Shown: positions 49,842 to 59,712 of the stretch, piece after piece
How the letters are laid out: each line of letters opens with the position of its first letter
Position numbering within the stretch: position 1 is the stretch's first letter
From: an uncultured Acidobacteriota bacterium
Lineage (GTDB): Bacteria > Acidobacteriota > Thermoanaerobaculia > Gp7-AA8
DNA length: 64,000 nt
Reading direction: 5' to 3'
Assembly: GCA_963793695.1 (NCBI GenBank)
Contig: CAWCBB010000016.1
Span: 268,603-332,602 of the forward strand
The notes under the pieces: generated by a model
What the model was told of the DNA's origin: nothing
Database searches by the model: none
Seen by the model: only the letters and a program-made list of their open reading frames with translations
Made by a program: the position numbers and the translations under genes

Positions 49842-50471
49842 ATGGACGAGCATCAGGTGCCTGACGACGCGTCACACTACGAGATTTCACTCACGCCGGG
49901 GCAGGCGTTCATCGCGTTCGTGCTGCTGCTCTGCTCGCTCGGAGCCGCGTTCGCCTTCGGGATCATGGTCGGCCGGGGTCAGCTCGACGAGCGCCTCGTC
50001 GTCCAGCGCGAGCCTTCGGTCGTCGGCGAAGGCACCACCAGCGAGGGGGGCCGCATCGTCGAGCTCGGCGTCGATCGCGACTTCGGCGCGACCGCGCCCG
50101 TCGCCCCCTCGACCGCGTTTCCGGAAGACCCGACCCTCGAGGAGATCGCGCCCGGGACGCCGCCCCAGGGCGACGCCCCCGCACCGGTGGTCGAGACCGC
50201 ATCGCCCGGCCAGCCGCAGCCTCCCGAAGGCGCGGAGGGCCCCGTCTTCGCTCAGCTGCTCTCGAGCTCGGAGGCGAAGCCGGCGGAAAATCTCGCGGCG
50301 AAGCTCATCGAAGCGGGATTCACGAGCGCGTACGTGGAGCGCGTCCCGGCGGATGGGTCGATGATTTATCGGGTCCGCGTCCGCTTTCCGAACGACGCGC
50401 AGGCGCGCGCCTCTGTCGACCGCCTCAAGGCTCTGGCAGGCGGCGGCGAGGTGTGGATCACCCGACAGTAG
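49842..50471 (+). CDS. SPOR domain protein (FtsN/DedD-like)
   Basis: Single TM, Pro-rich linker, AQL.S......AE.LAAKL...GF, YRVRV. Confidence 0.8.
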   Translation: MDEHQVPDDASHYEISLTPGQAFIAFVLLLCSLGAAFAFGIMVGRGQLDERLVVQREPSVVGEGTTSEGGRIVELGVDRDFGATAPVAPSTAFPEDPTLEEIAPGTPPQGDAPAPVVETASPGQPQPPEGAEGPVFAQLLSSSEAKPAENLAAKLIEAGFTSAYVERVPADGSMIYRVRVRFPNDAQARASVDRLKALAGGGEVWITRQ

Positions 50472-50562
50472 CGGCGCTCCGCGCGCGTTCTCCGACCTCG
50501 GTCTGGGAACCCGGGCGCTTCCCTCGACTCCCATCCTCCGGCTGGTATCATGGGCGGCCCTT

Positions 50563-51334
50563 ATGGCCGAGGATAAACGGACCACGACCCCGGAGATCGA
50601 AGCGCTCCGGAAACATCAGGAAAAAAAGCGCTCGTACACGGATCCGACGCGGGTTCTGGACAAGGCCGATCTACCAGCTCTGGGAGACGATCAACGACCT
50701 CGAACAGCTGCAGCCGGAGCAGGTGAAGCACTTCCGCGTCTCGATTTTCGGCAGCTCGCGAATCAAGAGGGGCGATCCGATCTACGACGAGGTCAAGAAG
50801 CTCAGCTACGAGCTGGCTCACCTCGGGATCGACATCGTCACCGGCGGCGGTCCGGGCCTGATGGAGGCCGCGAACTCGGGGGCGGTCGAAGGGCAGATCG
50901 ACAGCCGCTCGCGCTCGTTCGGCCTGCCGATCCATCTTCCGACCGAGGAGCAGGCGAACCCGTTCGTCGACCAGGTGTTCCGGCACCGCACCTTCTTTTC
51001 ACGCCTCCACCATTTCGTCCGCCTTTCGTCGGCCTTCATCGTGATGCCGGGCGGCATCGGCACGGGGCTGGAGACGTTCATGGTGTGGCAGCTCCTGCAG
51101 GTCAAGCACATCAAGAAACATCCGCTGATCCTCGTCGGCACCATGTGGGCCGGCCTGATCGAGTGGATGAACCTGACGATGGTCTCGCACGGGCTCGTCA
51201 GCCCGCCGGACATGGAGATCGCCAAGGTCGTCCCGTCCGGCGCGGAAGCCCTCCCGATCGTCATCGAGTCGTTCGAGCAGTTCAAGAAGGAAAAGGCGAA
51301 TGCTCAAGGAAGCGGAAATCATCGAAGCTCTTAA
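50563..51334 (+). CDS. LOG family protein; frameshift near 50665
   Basis: VSIFGSSR, TGGGPGLMEAAN.GA, EQ.NP.V, FF.R, PGGIGT..E. Confidence 0.9.
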
Positions 51335-52385
51335 GAGCGTGAAGTTCCCCGGTCTGTCCCGCGACATCGTTTCGTTCGGATTCGTGAAACACATCGAGAT
51401 CCGCGAAGGCCATGTCGACGTCCGGGTCGAGTTCCAGACGGAAAACCCGGCGATCGGGCCTCAGATCCAGAAGGAAGCCGAAGCGGCGGTCTCGAGGGTC
51501 GAGGGGGTGACGGACGTTCACGTCCACCTGGACGCGCAGACCCGGGGAGCGGGCGGCTCCACGCAGCCCGTCTCCGGCGGCCCGATCCGATCGATCGAGG
51601 GCGTCAAGTACAAGATCGCGGTCGCCTCCGGGAAGGGCGGCGTAGGAAAGTCGACCGTCGCGAACAATCTGGCCGTCGCGCTGCGGATGCAGGGGCAGAC
51701 GGTCGGCCTGCTCGACGCCGACATCTACGGTCCCTCCCAGCAGATGATGCTCGGGATCGAAGGGCGGCCGATGATCGACGAGCGGGACGAGAAGATCATC
51801 CCGATGGAGCGGCACGGCGTGAAGACGATGTCGCTCGGGCTGATCACCGACCCCGATACGCCCGTCATCTGGCGCGGCCCGATGGTCATGAAAGCCCTCG
51901 AGCAGTTCCTCGGCGACGTCCGCTGGGGCGAGCTCGACTACATGATCATCGACCTTCCTCCCGGAACCGGCGACGCGCAGCTCACGCTCACGCAGCGCGT
52001 CCCGCTCGACGGGGCGATCATCGTGACCACGCCTCAGGATGTGGCGCTCATCGACGCGCGCAAGGGCCTCGCGATGTTCCGCAAGGTCAATGTCCCCGTC
52101 CTCGGCATCGTCGAGAACATGAGCTACTTCATCTGCAACCATTGCGGGGAGCGGGAAGAGATCTTCGGCCACGGCGGCGGCCGCAAGACCGCCGAGATGC
52201 TCGGCGTGCCGTTCCTCGGAGAGATCCCGCTCGATCCGAAGGTCGTCGTCGGCGGCGACACCGGCGAGCCGATCGTCGTCTCCGAGCCCCACTCGGTCGC
52301 CGCCCACGCGTTCATCGACCTCGCGATTCACGTGAACCAGGCGATGAAACGCCGCGGCTTGCACGTCGTGCAACAGGAGCGGTAG
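51300..52385 (+). CDS. mrp: Mrp/NBP35 (ApbC) Fe-S cluster carrier ATPase
   Basis: N-terminal FeS assembly domain, SGKGGVGKST, DADIYGPS, WRGPM, DLPPGTGD, ENMSYF.C..C. Confidence 0.95.
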   Translation: MLKEAEIIEALKSVKFPGLSRDIVSFGFVKHIEIREGHVDVRVEFQTENPAIGPQIQKEAEAAVSRVEGVTDVHVHLDAQTRGAGGSTQPVSGGPIRSIEGVKYKIAVASGKGGVGKSTVANNLAVALRMQGQTVGLLDADIYGPSQQMMLGIEGRPMIDERDEKIIPMERHGVKTMSLGLITDPDTPVIWRGPMVMKALEQFLGDVRWGELDYMIIDLPPGTGDAQLTLTQRVPLDGAIIVTTPQDVALIDARKGLAMFRKVNVPVLGIVENMSYFICNHCGEREEIFGHGGGRKTAEMLGVPFLGEIPLDPKVVVGGDTGEPIVVSEPHSVAAHAFIDLAIHVNQAMKRRGLHVVQQER

Positions 52386-52401
52386 GATCCGGAGCCAGGG
52401 G

Positions 52402-52478
52402 CAGCCCCAGCCCCCAGCCCCAGCCCCCAGCCCCAGCCCCAGCCCAGCCCCCGCCCCCGCCCCAGCCCCCAGCCCCAG
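52402..52478. repeat. Hexamer-like C-rich array (CCCCAG)n
   Basis: cagccccagcccccagccccagcccccagccccagccccagcccagcccccgcccccgccccagcccccagccccag. Confidence 0.8.
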
Positions 52479-52488
52479 ACTCTAGCCC

Positions 52489-52738
52489 CAATGGCGTTAA
52501 CTTAAGCAATGGTTCGGGCGACGACGTCATCCCGAGCGTAGCGAGGGATCGGGCGGGAGTGGTGCGCGTGACGCCGCACCAAGCAGGGCACAGGCTCGAA
52601 ATTCGCTGGCGACCCCGAAGCGAATGCCGATCCTGCTGCCCTGCTCGGGCGCCGCGTTCTTGCGCAGCCCCCGCCCAGATCCCTCGCTACGCTCGGGATG
52701 ACAGCTCCGGGGCATCTCGCCTTAAGTTAACGCCATTG
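52489..52738. mobile_element. 250-bp MITE with 18-bp perfect TIRs and 12-bp target-site duplication (IS4-family-like ends)
   Basis: TIR CAATGGCGTTAACTTAAG at 52489-52506, exact reverse complement at 52721-52738; direct repeat AGACTCTAGCCC at 52477-52488 and 52739-52750; no transposase. Confidence 0.88.
52526..52702. repeat. CGTC-type REP doublet inside the MITE
   Basis: GTCATCCCGAGCGTAGCGAGGGATC at 52526-52550 and exact reverse complement at 52678-52702. Confidence 0.88.
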
Positions 52739-52743
52739 AGACT

Positions 52744-53741
52744 CTAGCCCCTCGTTCGCCACGCGAGCGCATCCGCGATCCCCGGGTCGTTCGCGTCCGA
52801 CTCCGCAACGGGCCCATCCGCGAGGACGACCGCGTTCCGGATCATCCCCGCCCGCCTCGCGCGCTTGATCGCGCTCCTGCGGAAGACCGCCGAGAAGCTC
52901 TCCTGAGGCATCCGCAGCAGATCCGAGATCGGCGTCGAGCGATAGATCTCGCGCGCACGGAAGGCGGGATGCCCCGGCGGCGCGGCGCCGTTCCAGGGAC
53001 AGACCTCCTGGCAGATGTCGCAGCCGAAGAGGTTCCCGGCGAGGCGCTCCTTCACCGAGTCGGGGATCGGGCCGCGCTGCTCGATCGTCGCGTGGCTGAT
53101 GCAGCGCGCCGCGTCGACGAGCCTCCCGGGCAGGATCGCATCCGTCGGACATGCGTCGAGGCAGCGCGTGCACTCGCCGCAGCGGTCGGCCACTTCCATC
53201 GGATCGATGTCGAGAGGAAGCGACGTGAGGAGGAGTCCGATGAAGAAGTACGACCCGTGGTCCGGATCGATCAGCATGCCGTTCTTGCCGATCCATCCGA
53301 GGCCGGCCTGGGCGGCCAGGGATCGATCGGAGAGCGGGCCCGTGTCGACGTAGCGCCACGTCTTCGCCTCGGGGTCCGCGGCGCCGACGATCCGTTCGAA
53401 GTCGCGAAGGATCTCGTCGAGCACGCCATGGTAGTCGTCGCCGAGAGCGTAGCGCGCGATGTGACGCGCGATCGTTCCTTCCGGCGCCGCCGGGCGCTCG
53501 GGCTCGTAGGGGACGGTGATCGCAATGACGGAGCGCGCCCACGGAAACCGCGCCGACCGGGTCCTTCCGGATCGCGAGGCTCTTCCGCAGATAGCCCATC
53601 GACGCCTCGCGCCCCGAAGCGAGCCACTCCTCGAACTTCGCCACGTGCGCGTCCTCGAGCGGACCCGCGCCGATGCGCAGAACGCCGTGCGCTCGTGCGG
53701 CCTGCTCGAGAAGGGGCCAGATCGTGGATCAGGGTGGTCAT
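52744..53741 (-). CDS. queG: Epoxyqueuosine reductase; frameshifted near the N-terminus
   Basis: MGYL, IARYA.G.DYH, YVDTGP..DR..A..AGLGWIGKN..LI, CG.C..C..ACPT, C.S..TIE, FGCDICQ.VCPWN. Confidence 0.93.
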
Positions 53742-53755
53742 GGCGTGTCGTGGCG

Positions 53756-53831
53756 GTAGGGGCACCCTGCGGGCGCCCGGAACCTGCGATTCGCACCGAC
53801 CAGAGTCCGGACGGCCGCAGGCCGCCCCTAC
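53756..53831. repeat. GTAG-type REP doublet upstream of queG
   Basis: GTAGGGGCACCCTGCGGGCGCCC ... GGACGGCCGCAGGCCGCCCCTAC. Confidence 0.78.
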
Positions 53832-53878
53832 AGTTCCCGCACGAGATCGAAAAAGAGGACGAAAAACGTCGCGATCAT
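53828..53878 (-). CDS. Possible 16-aa small ORF MIATFFVLFFDLVREL
   Basis: ATG overlaps the PHP gene TGA (ATGA); TAG coincides with the REP GTAG foot. Confidence 0.3.
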   Translation of the reverse strand: MIATFFVLFFDLVREL

Positions 53879-54708
53879 GTCGACCGCCGGCGCCGCCAGC
53901 GATCGACGATCGGCTCGACCAGCTCGAGAGGAACGGGAACGCTGCCGATCGTATCCCTCCCGTCGAATCCGTGATCGTCCGACCCTCCCGTCGTGAGGAT
54001 CCCGTGCTCGGCCGCGATTCTCCGGAACCGCTCGGCCTCCCCGGGAGGCACGTCGGGGTGGAGCACCTCGATCGCGTCGACGCCGTGCGGAATCATCTCC
54101 CGGACGATCCGCTCCGCGTCGGGATAGAGCGTCGGGTGCGCGATGGACGTCATCCCCCCCGCGTCGCGCACCAGCGCGATCGCTTCGTCGAGCTCGATCC
54201 GCTCCTTCTCGACCCAGCCCGGGCGGCCGGGGGAGAGATAGCGCTCGAAGGCCTCGTCGATCGAGGCGACGGCGCCGATCTCGACCAGGCATCGCGCGAC
54301 GTGCGGCCGCCCGACCGACCCGCCGCCGCAGATCTCGCGAAGGCGGTCGAGATCGATCGGCACCCCGATCTCGCGGAGCCGCACGGCCATCGTCCGGCCG
54401 CGTTCTTCGCGCGTGGCGCGGCAGCGCGCGAGCGTCTCGGCGAGCGCCGCGTCTTCCGGATCGAACGCGTAGGCGAGCAGGTGGACGTCGATCCCCTCCC
54501 ATGTGATCGAGAGCTCGACGGCGGGGATGAGGAGGATGCCGGCCTCCCGCGCGAGGGGCTCTGCTTCGGGAAAGGCCGCGAGCGAATCGTGATCGCTGAT
54601 CGCGATGACCGACAGGGAATGCTCGCCGGCGAGCCGCACGACCCCGGCGGGGGAGCGCACACCGTCCGAGTGGAACGTGTGGAGGTGGAGGTCGGCGAAA
54701 CCGGACAT
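53875..54708 (-). CDS. PHP-domain metal-dependent phosphoesterase (TrpH/YciV-like)
   Basis: DLHLHT..SDG, ISDHDS, VELS, VHLLAY, GRPHVAR.L, AHP, TGGSDDHG. Confidence 0.93.
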   Translation of the reverse strand: MSGFADLHLHTFHSDGVRSPAGVVRLAGEHSLSVIAISDHDSLAAFPEAEPLAREAGILLIPAVELSITWEGIDVHLLAYAFDPEDAALAETLARCRATREERGRTMAVRLREIGVPIDLDRLREICGGGSVGRPHVARCLVEIGAVASIDEAFERYLSPGRPGWVEKERIELDEAIALVRDAGGMTSIAHPTLYPDAERIVREMIPHGVDAIEVLHPDVPPGEAERFRRIAAEHGILTTGGSDDHGFDGRDTIGSVPVPLELVEPIVDRWRRRRST

Positions 54709-54772
54709 GCGGAAGAGGTGACGCCGCCGGCGCGGCGCCGGAATGGCGCCGCGGCCGGTGACGCGGAATCGG

Positions 54773-55152
54773 TTAGAGGGCTTTGGAGGCTTTCTTCAGC
54801 CCCTTCTTGAGGGCGCCGCGGGCCTCGCCGGCCTTCTTCGAGAGGGTTTCCTTGGCTTTGACCGCCATTCTCCCCCGCGACGACGGCCTTCGCCGTGGTC
54901 TTCGCGACGGCTTTCTTCGCGTCGCGGATCTTCGGCTTCGCCGCCTTCCTGATGTCCTTCATCGCCTTCCCGGCGGCCTTCTCCGCGTCCTTCGTCGAGC
55001 CTCTTCGCCTGCTTCTTCGCGCTCTTCACGAGCGGTTTCGCCTTCTTCTTGACCGTGTTCACCATCGAAGCCATCGCGTCTTCTCCTTTGTCGACCGCTT
55101 TGTATTTCAAATTCCGGACCGCCCGGCGGAGGCTCTTCTTCAGGGTCGCCAT
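54773..55152 (-). CDS. Small Lys/Ala-rich basic protein (histone-H1-like composition); frameshifted
   Basis: MATLKKSLRRAVRNLKYK...KKAKPLVKSAKKQAK...KAAKPKIRDAKKAVAK...KKGLKKASKAL*; GGAGG RBS; hairpin at 54727-54758. Confidence 0.65.
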
Positions 55153-55186
55153 GATTCTCCTCCCGAAGGATGTCGCGTATCGGCGA

Positions 55187-58106
55187 CTAGAGTACGACCG
55201 AACGGACGATTGCGGTAGGGGCGCGCTGCGCGCGCCCGGACTTTCGTTCCCGCGACTCGGAGGTGCGGGCGGCCGCAGGCCGCCCCTGACGCGCGTCTAT
55301 CACCGCGGGCAGCGCTTCCACCACGCCCTGGCACCGCGCGCAGAGCGCGTCCTCGGCCTCGACTTCCTCGCGATAGTGCCAGCAGCGAGTGCACTTGTTT
55401 CCGCGCGCGGGCTTCATGGCGATGCCGATCGTCCCGACTCCCTCGATCGCGAGCGCCCTCTCCCTCTTCGGGAAGGGAGGGGTCGAACTCAACGTGGGAG
55501 ACGATGAAGATCTTCGAGAGGTCGACGCTGAGCCCACCGGTGATCCGTTGCGGGACCGGCGATTCCCTTCAGGACGATGTCGGCCTCCAGCGACTGGCCG
55601 ATCTCGCGATTCCCTCGCGCCTTCTCGAGCACCTTCGACACCGCCTCGCGGACGTCGAAGATCCGCTTCCACGCGGCGGCGTCGACCTCGGCGCTCTCGA
55701 TCGTCGGGAACGTCGTGAGGTGGACGGACTGCTCGCGCGGTCCCGGCATCTGCTCGTAGATCTCCTCGGCCGTGAACGAGAGGATCGGCGCGAGCGTCGC
55801 GACCAGGCCGCGGAGGACCTCGTACATCGCCGTCTGCGCCGAGCGCCGGGTCTTCGAGGACGGGCCTTCCACGTAGAGCCGGTCCTTCACGATGTCGAGG
55901 TAGACGCGACGACAGATCGACCGTGCAGAGCTCGAGGGTCCGGTGGTAGACGACGTGGAACTCGAAGTCCTCGTACGCCTTTCGCGAGCGATCGAAGCTC
56001 TCGCGCGCCCGGCTCAGGATCCAGCGGTCGAGCGGTTCCATCTCCGCCACGCTCACCGCATCCGTCTTCGGGTCGAAGTCGCTGCAGGTTCGCGAGGAGG
56101 ATAGCGCGCCGTGTTCCGGATCTTCCGATACGCCTCGGCGATCCGCGAGAGGATCTCCGGACCGATCGCGATGTCGTCCGGTAGTCGATCATCGCCACCC
56201 AGAGGCGGAGGATGTCGCGCGCCATGCTGCTTGATCACGTCCTGCGGCGAGACGACGTTGCCGACCGACTTCGACATCTTCCGGCCCTTCTCGTCGACGA
56301 CGAACCCGCACGTGATCACGCGCTCGAACGGCGCTCCGCCCCGGATCGCGGTCCCGACCAGGAGCGAGGACTGGAACCAGCCGCGATGCTGATCGTGTCC
56401 CTCGAGATAGAGGGCGCACGGCCACGTCAGCTCGTCGCGCTCTCCTCGAGGACCGCGCAGGTGCGAGCAGCCGGAGTCGAACCAGACGTCGAGGATGTCG
56501 AACTCCTTCCGGAAGCTCGTTCCGCCGCAGCGGGGACAGGATCCTCCTTCCGGCAGGAAGTCCTCGGCCGGATGGTCGTACCACGCGTCGGCTCCCTCGG
56601 CGCGGAACAGCGCGACCACCTTCGCGAAGAACTCCGGGGTCGTGTACGGCTCGTTGCACCCTTCGCAGAAGAGGACCGTGATCGGAACGCCCCAGAGGCG
56701 CTGGCGCGAGATGCACCAGTCGGGGCGGTTCTCGACCATCCCCTTGATCCGTTCCTCCCCCCAGGAGGGAACCCAGTCGACCTCGCCGATCGCCCCGAGC
56801 GCCTTCTGCCGGAAGCCGCCCAGCTCCATGCCGATGAACCACTGCTCGGTCGCGCGGAAGATGATCGGGTTCTTGCACCGCCAGCAGTGCGGATAGGAGT
56901 GCTCGACCTTCTCATGGGCGAGCAGCGCCTTGCGCTTCTCGAGCGCATCGACGATGTCGGGATTCGCCTTCAGCACGTGCCGTGCCGGCCCACTCGACTT
57001 CGGCCGCGAACTCGCCCCGTTCGTTGACGGGCGTGTAGATCGGAAGCTCGTAGCGCATCCCGACGTGAAAGTCGTCCGCGCCGTGGCCGGGCGCCGTGTG
57101 GACGAGCCCCGTTCCCGCTTCGAGCGTGACGTGATCGCCGAGGACGAAGATCCCCGTGCGCGGGATGAATGCGTGCCGATACTCGAGCCGGTCGAACGCC
57201 TGCCCGCGGAACGTCTTCTGGACGCGCACATCGGTCCAGCCGAACTTCGCGGTGAGCCCGGCGAGCATCTCGCGCGCGACGATGAAGGCTTCATCGCCGA
57301 CGCGAACGACGTCGTACTCGTAATCGGGATGGAGCGCGATCGCGAGGTTGGCCGGGAGCGTCCATGGCGTCGTCGTCCAGATCACGGCGTAGTGGGGGAT
57401 CTCGACGGGGAGATCGAGCGCGCGGACCGCGTCATCGGTGAGCCGGAACTTCACGTACACCGAAGGCGAGGTGTGCTCCTCGTACTCGACCTCCGCCTCG
57501 GCGAGCGCCGTCTGGCAGTGCGTGCACCAGTGGACCGGCTTGAGCCCTTTGTAGACGAGCCCCTTCTGGAAGAACGCGCCGAGGGCCTCGGCGATCGTCG
57601 GCCTCGTAGTCGTGCGACATCGTCGAGTACGGATCGTCCCAGTCGCCGAACACGCCGAGCCGCTTGAAGTCCTCGCGCTGGATGTCGACGGAACTTGTCG
57701 GCGAACTCGCGGCAGGCGCGGCGGAACTCGGCCGGCGACATCTCGCGCTTCTTCGATCCGAGCTCCTTGTCGACCTGGTGCTCGATCGGGAGGCCGTGGC
57801 AGTCCCACCCGGGACGTACGGCGAGTCGAAGCCCATCATCGTCCGCGACTTCACGACGACGTCCTTGAGGATCTTGTTCAGCGCGTGGCCGATGTGGATG
57901 TGGCCGTTCGCGTACGGAGGGCCGTCGTGGAGGACGAACTTCGGCCGTCCGGACGAGACGTCGCGGATCTCGCTCGTAGATCCCCATCGCCGCCCACGTC
58001 TCGAGCCGCTTCGGCTCGTTCTGCGGGAGGTTCGCCTTCATCGCGAACTCCGTCTGCGGGAGGTTGAGCGTTTTCTTCCAGTCCTTCTTCTCGGCGCGTC
58101 GGCCAT
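55187..58106 (-). CDS. ileS: Isoleucine--tRNA ligase; many frameshifts; true stop may lie near 55300
   Basis: [78 protein letters not shown]-terminal CxxC..CxxC. Confidence 0.96.
55215..55290. repeat. GTAG-type REP doublet downstream of ileS
   Basis: GTAGGGGCGCGCTGCGCGCGCCC ... GGGCGGCCGCAGGCCGCCCCTGAC. Confidence 0.72.
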
Positions 58107-58179
58107 TCGGGATTCCTCGCGGTGGGGGAACCTAGCATCGGGGGGTGGAGATTTCAACGGGGAGGGCTGCGGGACGGAC

Positions 58180-59676
58180 TCAGGCGCGGACGATCGCGAG
58201 TCGGGAGCGGGGCGAGGCGAGCGTCGGAGATGCCGAGTCGGAGAAGACTCGGCGCTCCTCGGGTGAGCGGAGCACGGACTGAACGGCGACGGTCCCCGTT
58301 CCGCTGACTGCCTCAACCGCGCCATGACGCCGCGTCCCGCGGCCACCTTGAGCTGGTCGCCCGGGCGGATGACGGCATTCCTGGAAAGGTCGTTGATCTC
58401 CAGGAGCTCGGCGAGCGAGATGTCGTGGCGCTTCGCGATCGAGTAGAGCGTGTCGCCCCTGCGAGACGACGTAGGTCGTCTCGCTCCGGGCGCGCTCGAG
58501 TCGCGCCGAGAGCGTCGTCGTGCTCACCGGGAGGTAGATCTCGGTCTCCGGGCCTCGACCTTGTCCGAGCGGAGGGCGTTCATCCGAACGATCTCGTCCT
58601 TGTCGACTCCGATCGCTTTCGCGAGGCGGCCGATCGAGTCGCCGTCGCGGAGGGCGAAGCGCGTCACCGGAACGTCGGGATCCTCGCAGCCGCAGGCGAT
58701 CGCGCGAGCGACGCGAGCGTCGGCTTCGCCGAAGGGGGGACGCGCAGGTTGAAGGTCCCGGGAGGGACGAGGCCGCGCGTGAGGTGCGGGTTGAGCTCCT
58801 CGAGTTTCTGCGGGATCGACCCCTCCCTGCTCGGCGACGAAGCGGAGCGAGACCGGTCCCTCGATCGGCACTTCACGCGACTTCCGGCGCCGCGAGCTCG
58901 GTGAGCTCGAACCCGTGCGAGGCGGGATCGCTCACGATGAGAAGCGTCGCCCAGAACGTCGGGACATATCCGCGCGTCTCCTTCGGCAGCGCGCTCCGCT
59001 CGAGCAGCTCCCAGAAGCGTCGACGCGCTCTCGCGGTCGAGCGTCCGCTCGACGCGCCCGGGGCCGCAGTTGTACGCCGCGAGCGCGAGCGACCAGTCGC
59101 CGAACGTCCGGTGGAGGTCCTTGAGATAGCGCGCCGCCGCCCTCGTCGATTTCTCGGGATCGGCGCGCTCGTCGACCCACCAGTCCACGCGCAGGCCGTA
59201 CTCGCGCGCGGTCGGCGGCATGAACTGCCAGATCCCGCGCGCGCCGACGCGCGAGGTGAGCGTCGGGATGTAGGCGCTCTCGATGACCGGAAGCCATCCG
59301 AGGGCGCGGGGGAGGCCGTTCTCGTCGAGGACGCGCTCGATGCTCGCGCGGTACTTCGCCGAGCGCGTGAGCGATTCCTGGATGCTCGATCGTAAGGGAG
59401 GTCGAGAAGTAGCGGACCGCTCCGTCGATCGTCGGGTGAGACGGGAGCTCCATCGCGAGAACGCTCGCGTCGGCGATCGTGGTCGGGAGCGTCGCGCTCT
59501 CGCGCGCGACGATGTGATCCCAGGCTCCTTCGAGCGCGGCGCGATAGTCGCGCTGCGCCTGCCCGTCGGCGGAGAGCGGCTGCGGGGGCTCGCGGAACGG
59601 CCTGCGGCGCCACCGGAGCGGACGAGCTGCACGCCGCGGCCAGCAGAATGGCTCCAAGCGCGATCTGCGTTCTCAT
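58180..59676 (-). CDS. Lytic transglycosylase (MltD-like) lipoprotein with LysM domains; frameshifted, 3' end approximate
   Basis: Lipobox [30 protein letters not shown]...FGDW..ALAAYN.GPG, LP.ET..YV; Lys[12 protein letters not shown]. Confidence 0.88.
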
Positions 59677-59712
59677 CCCCACCCCCCCCTTTGCCTGTTC
59701 GGGTTCGGACCT

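Noticed and set aside
58107-58260. T-box leader upstream of ileS
   Set aside because: No T-box consensus (TGGGTGG-ACC-CG type) or terminator/antiterminator pair found.
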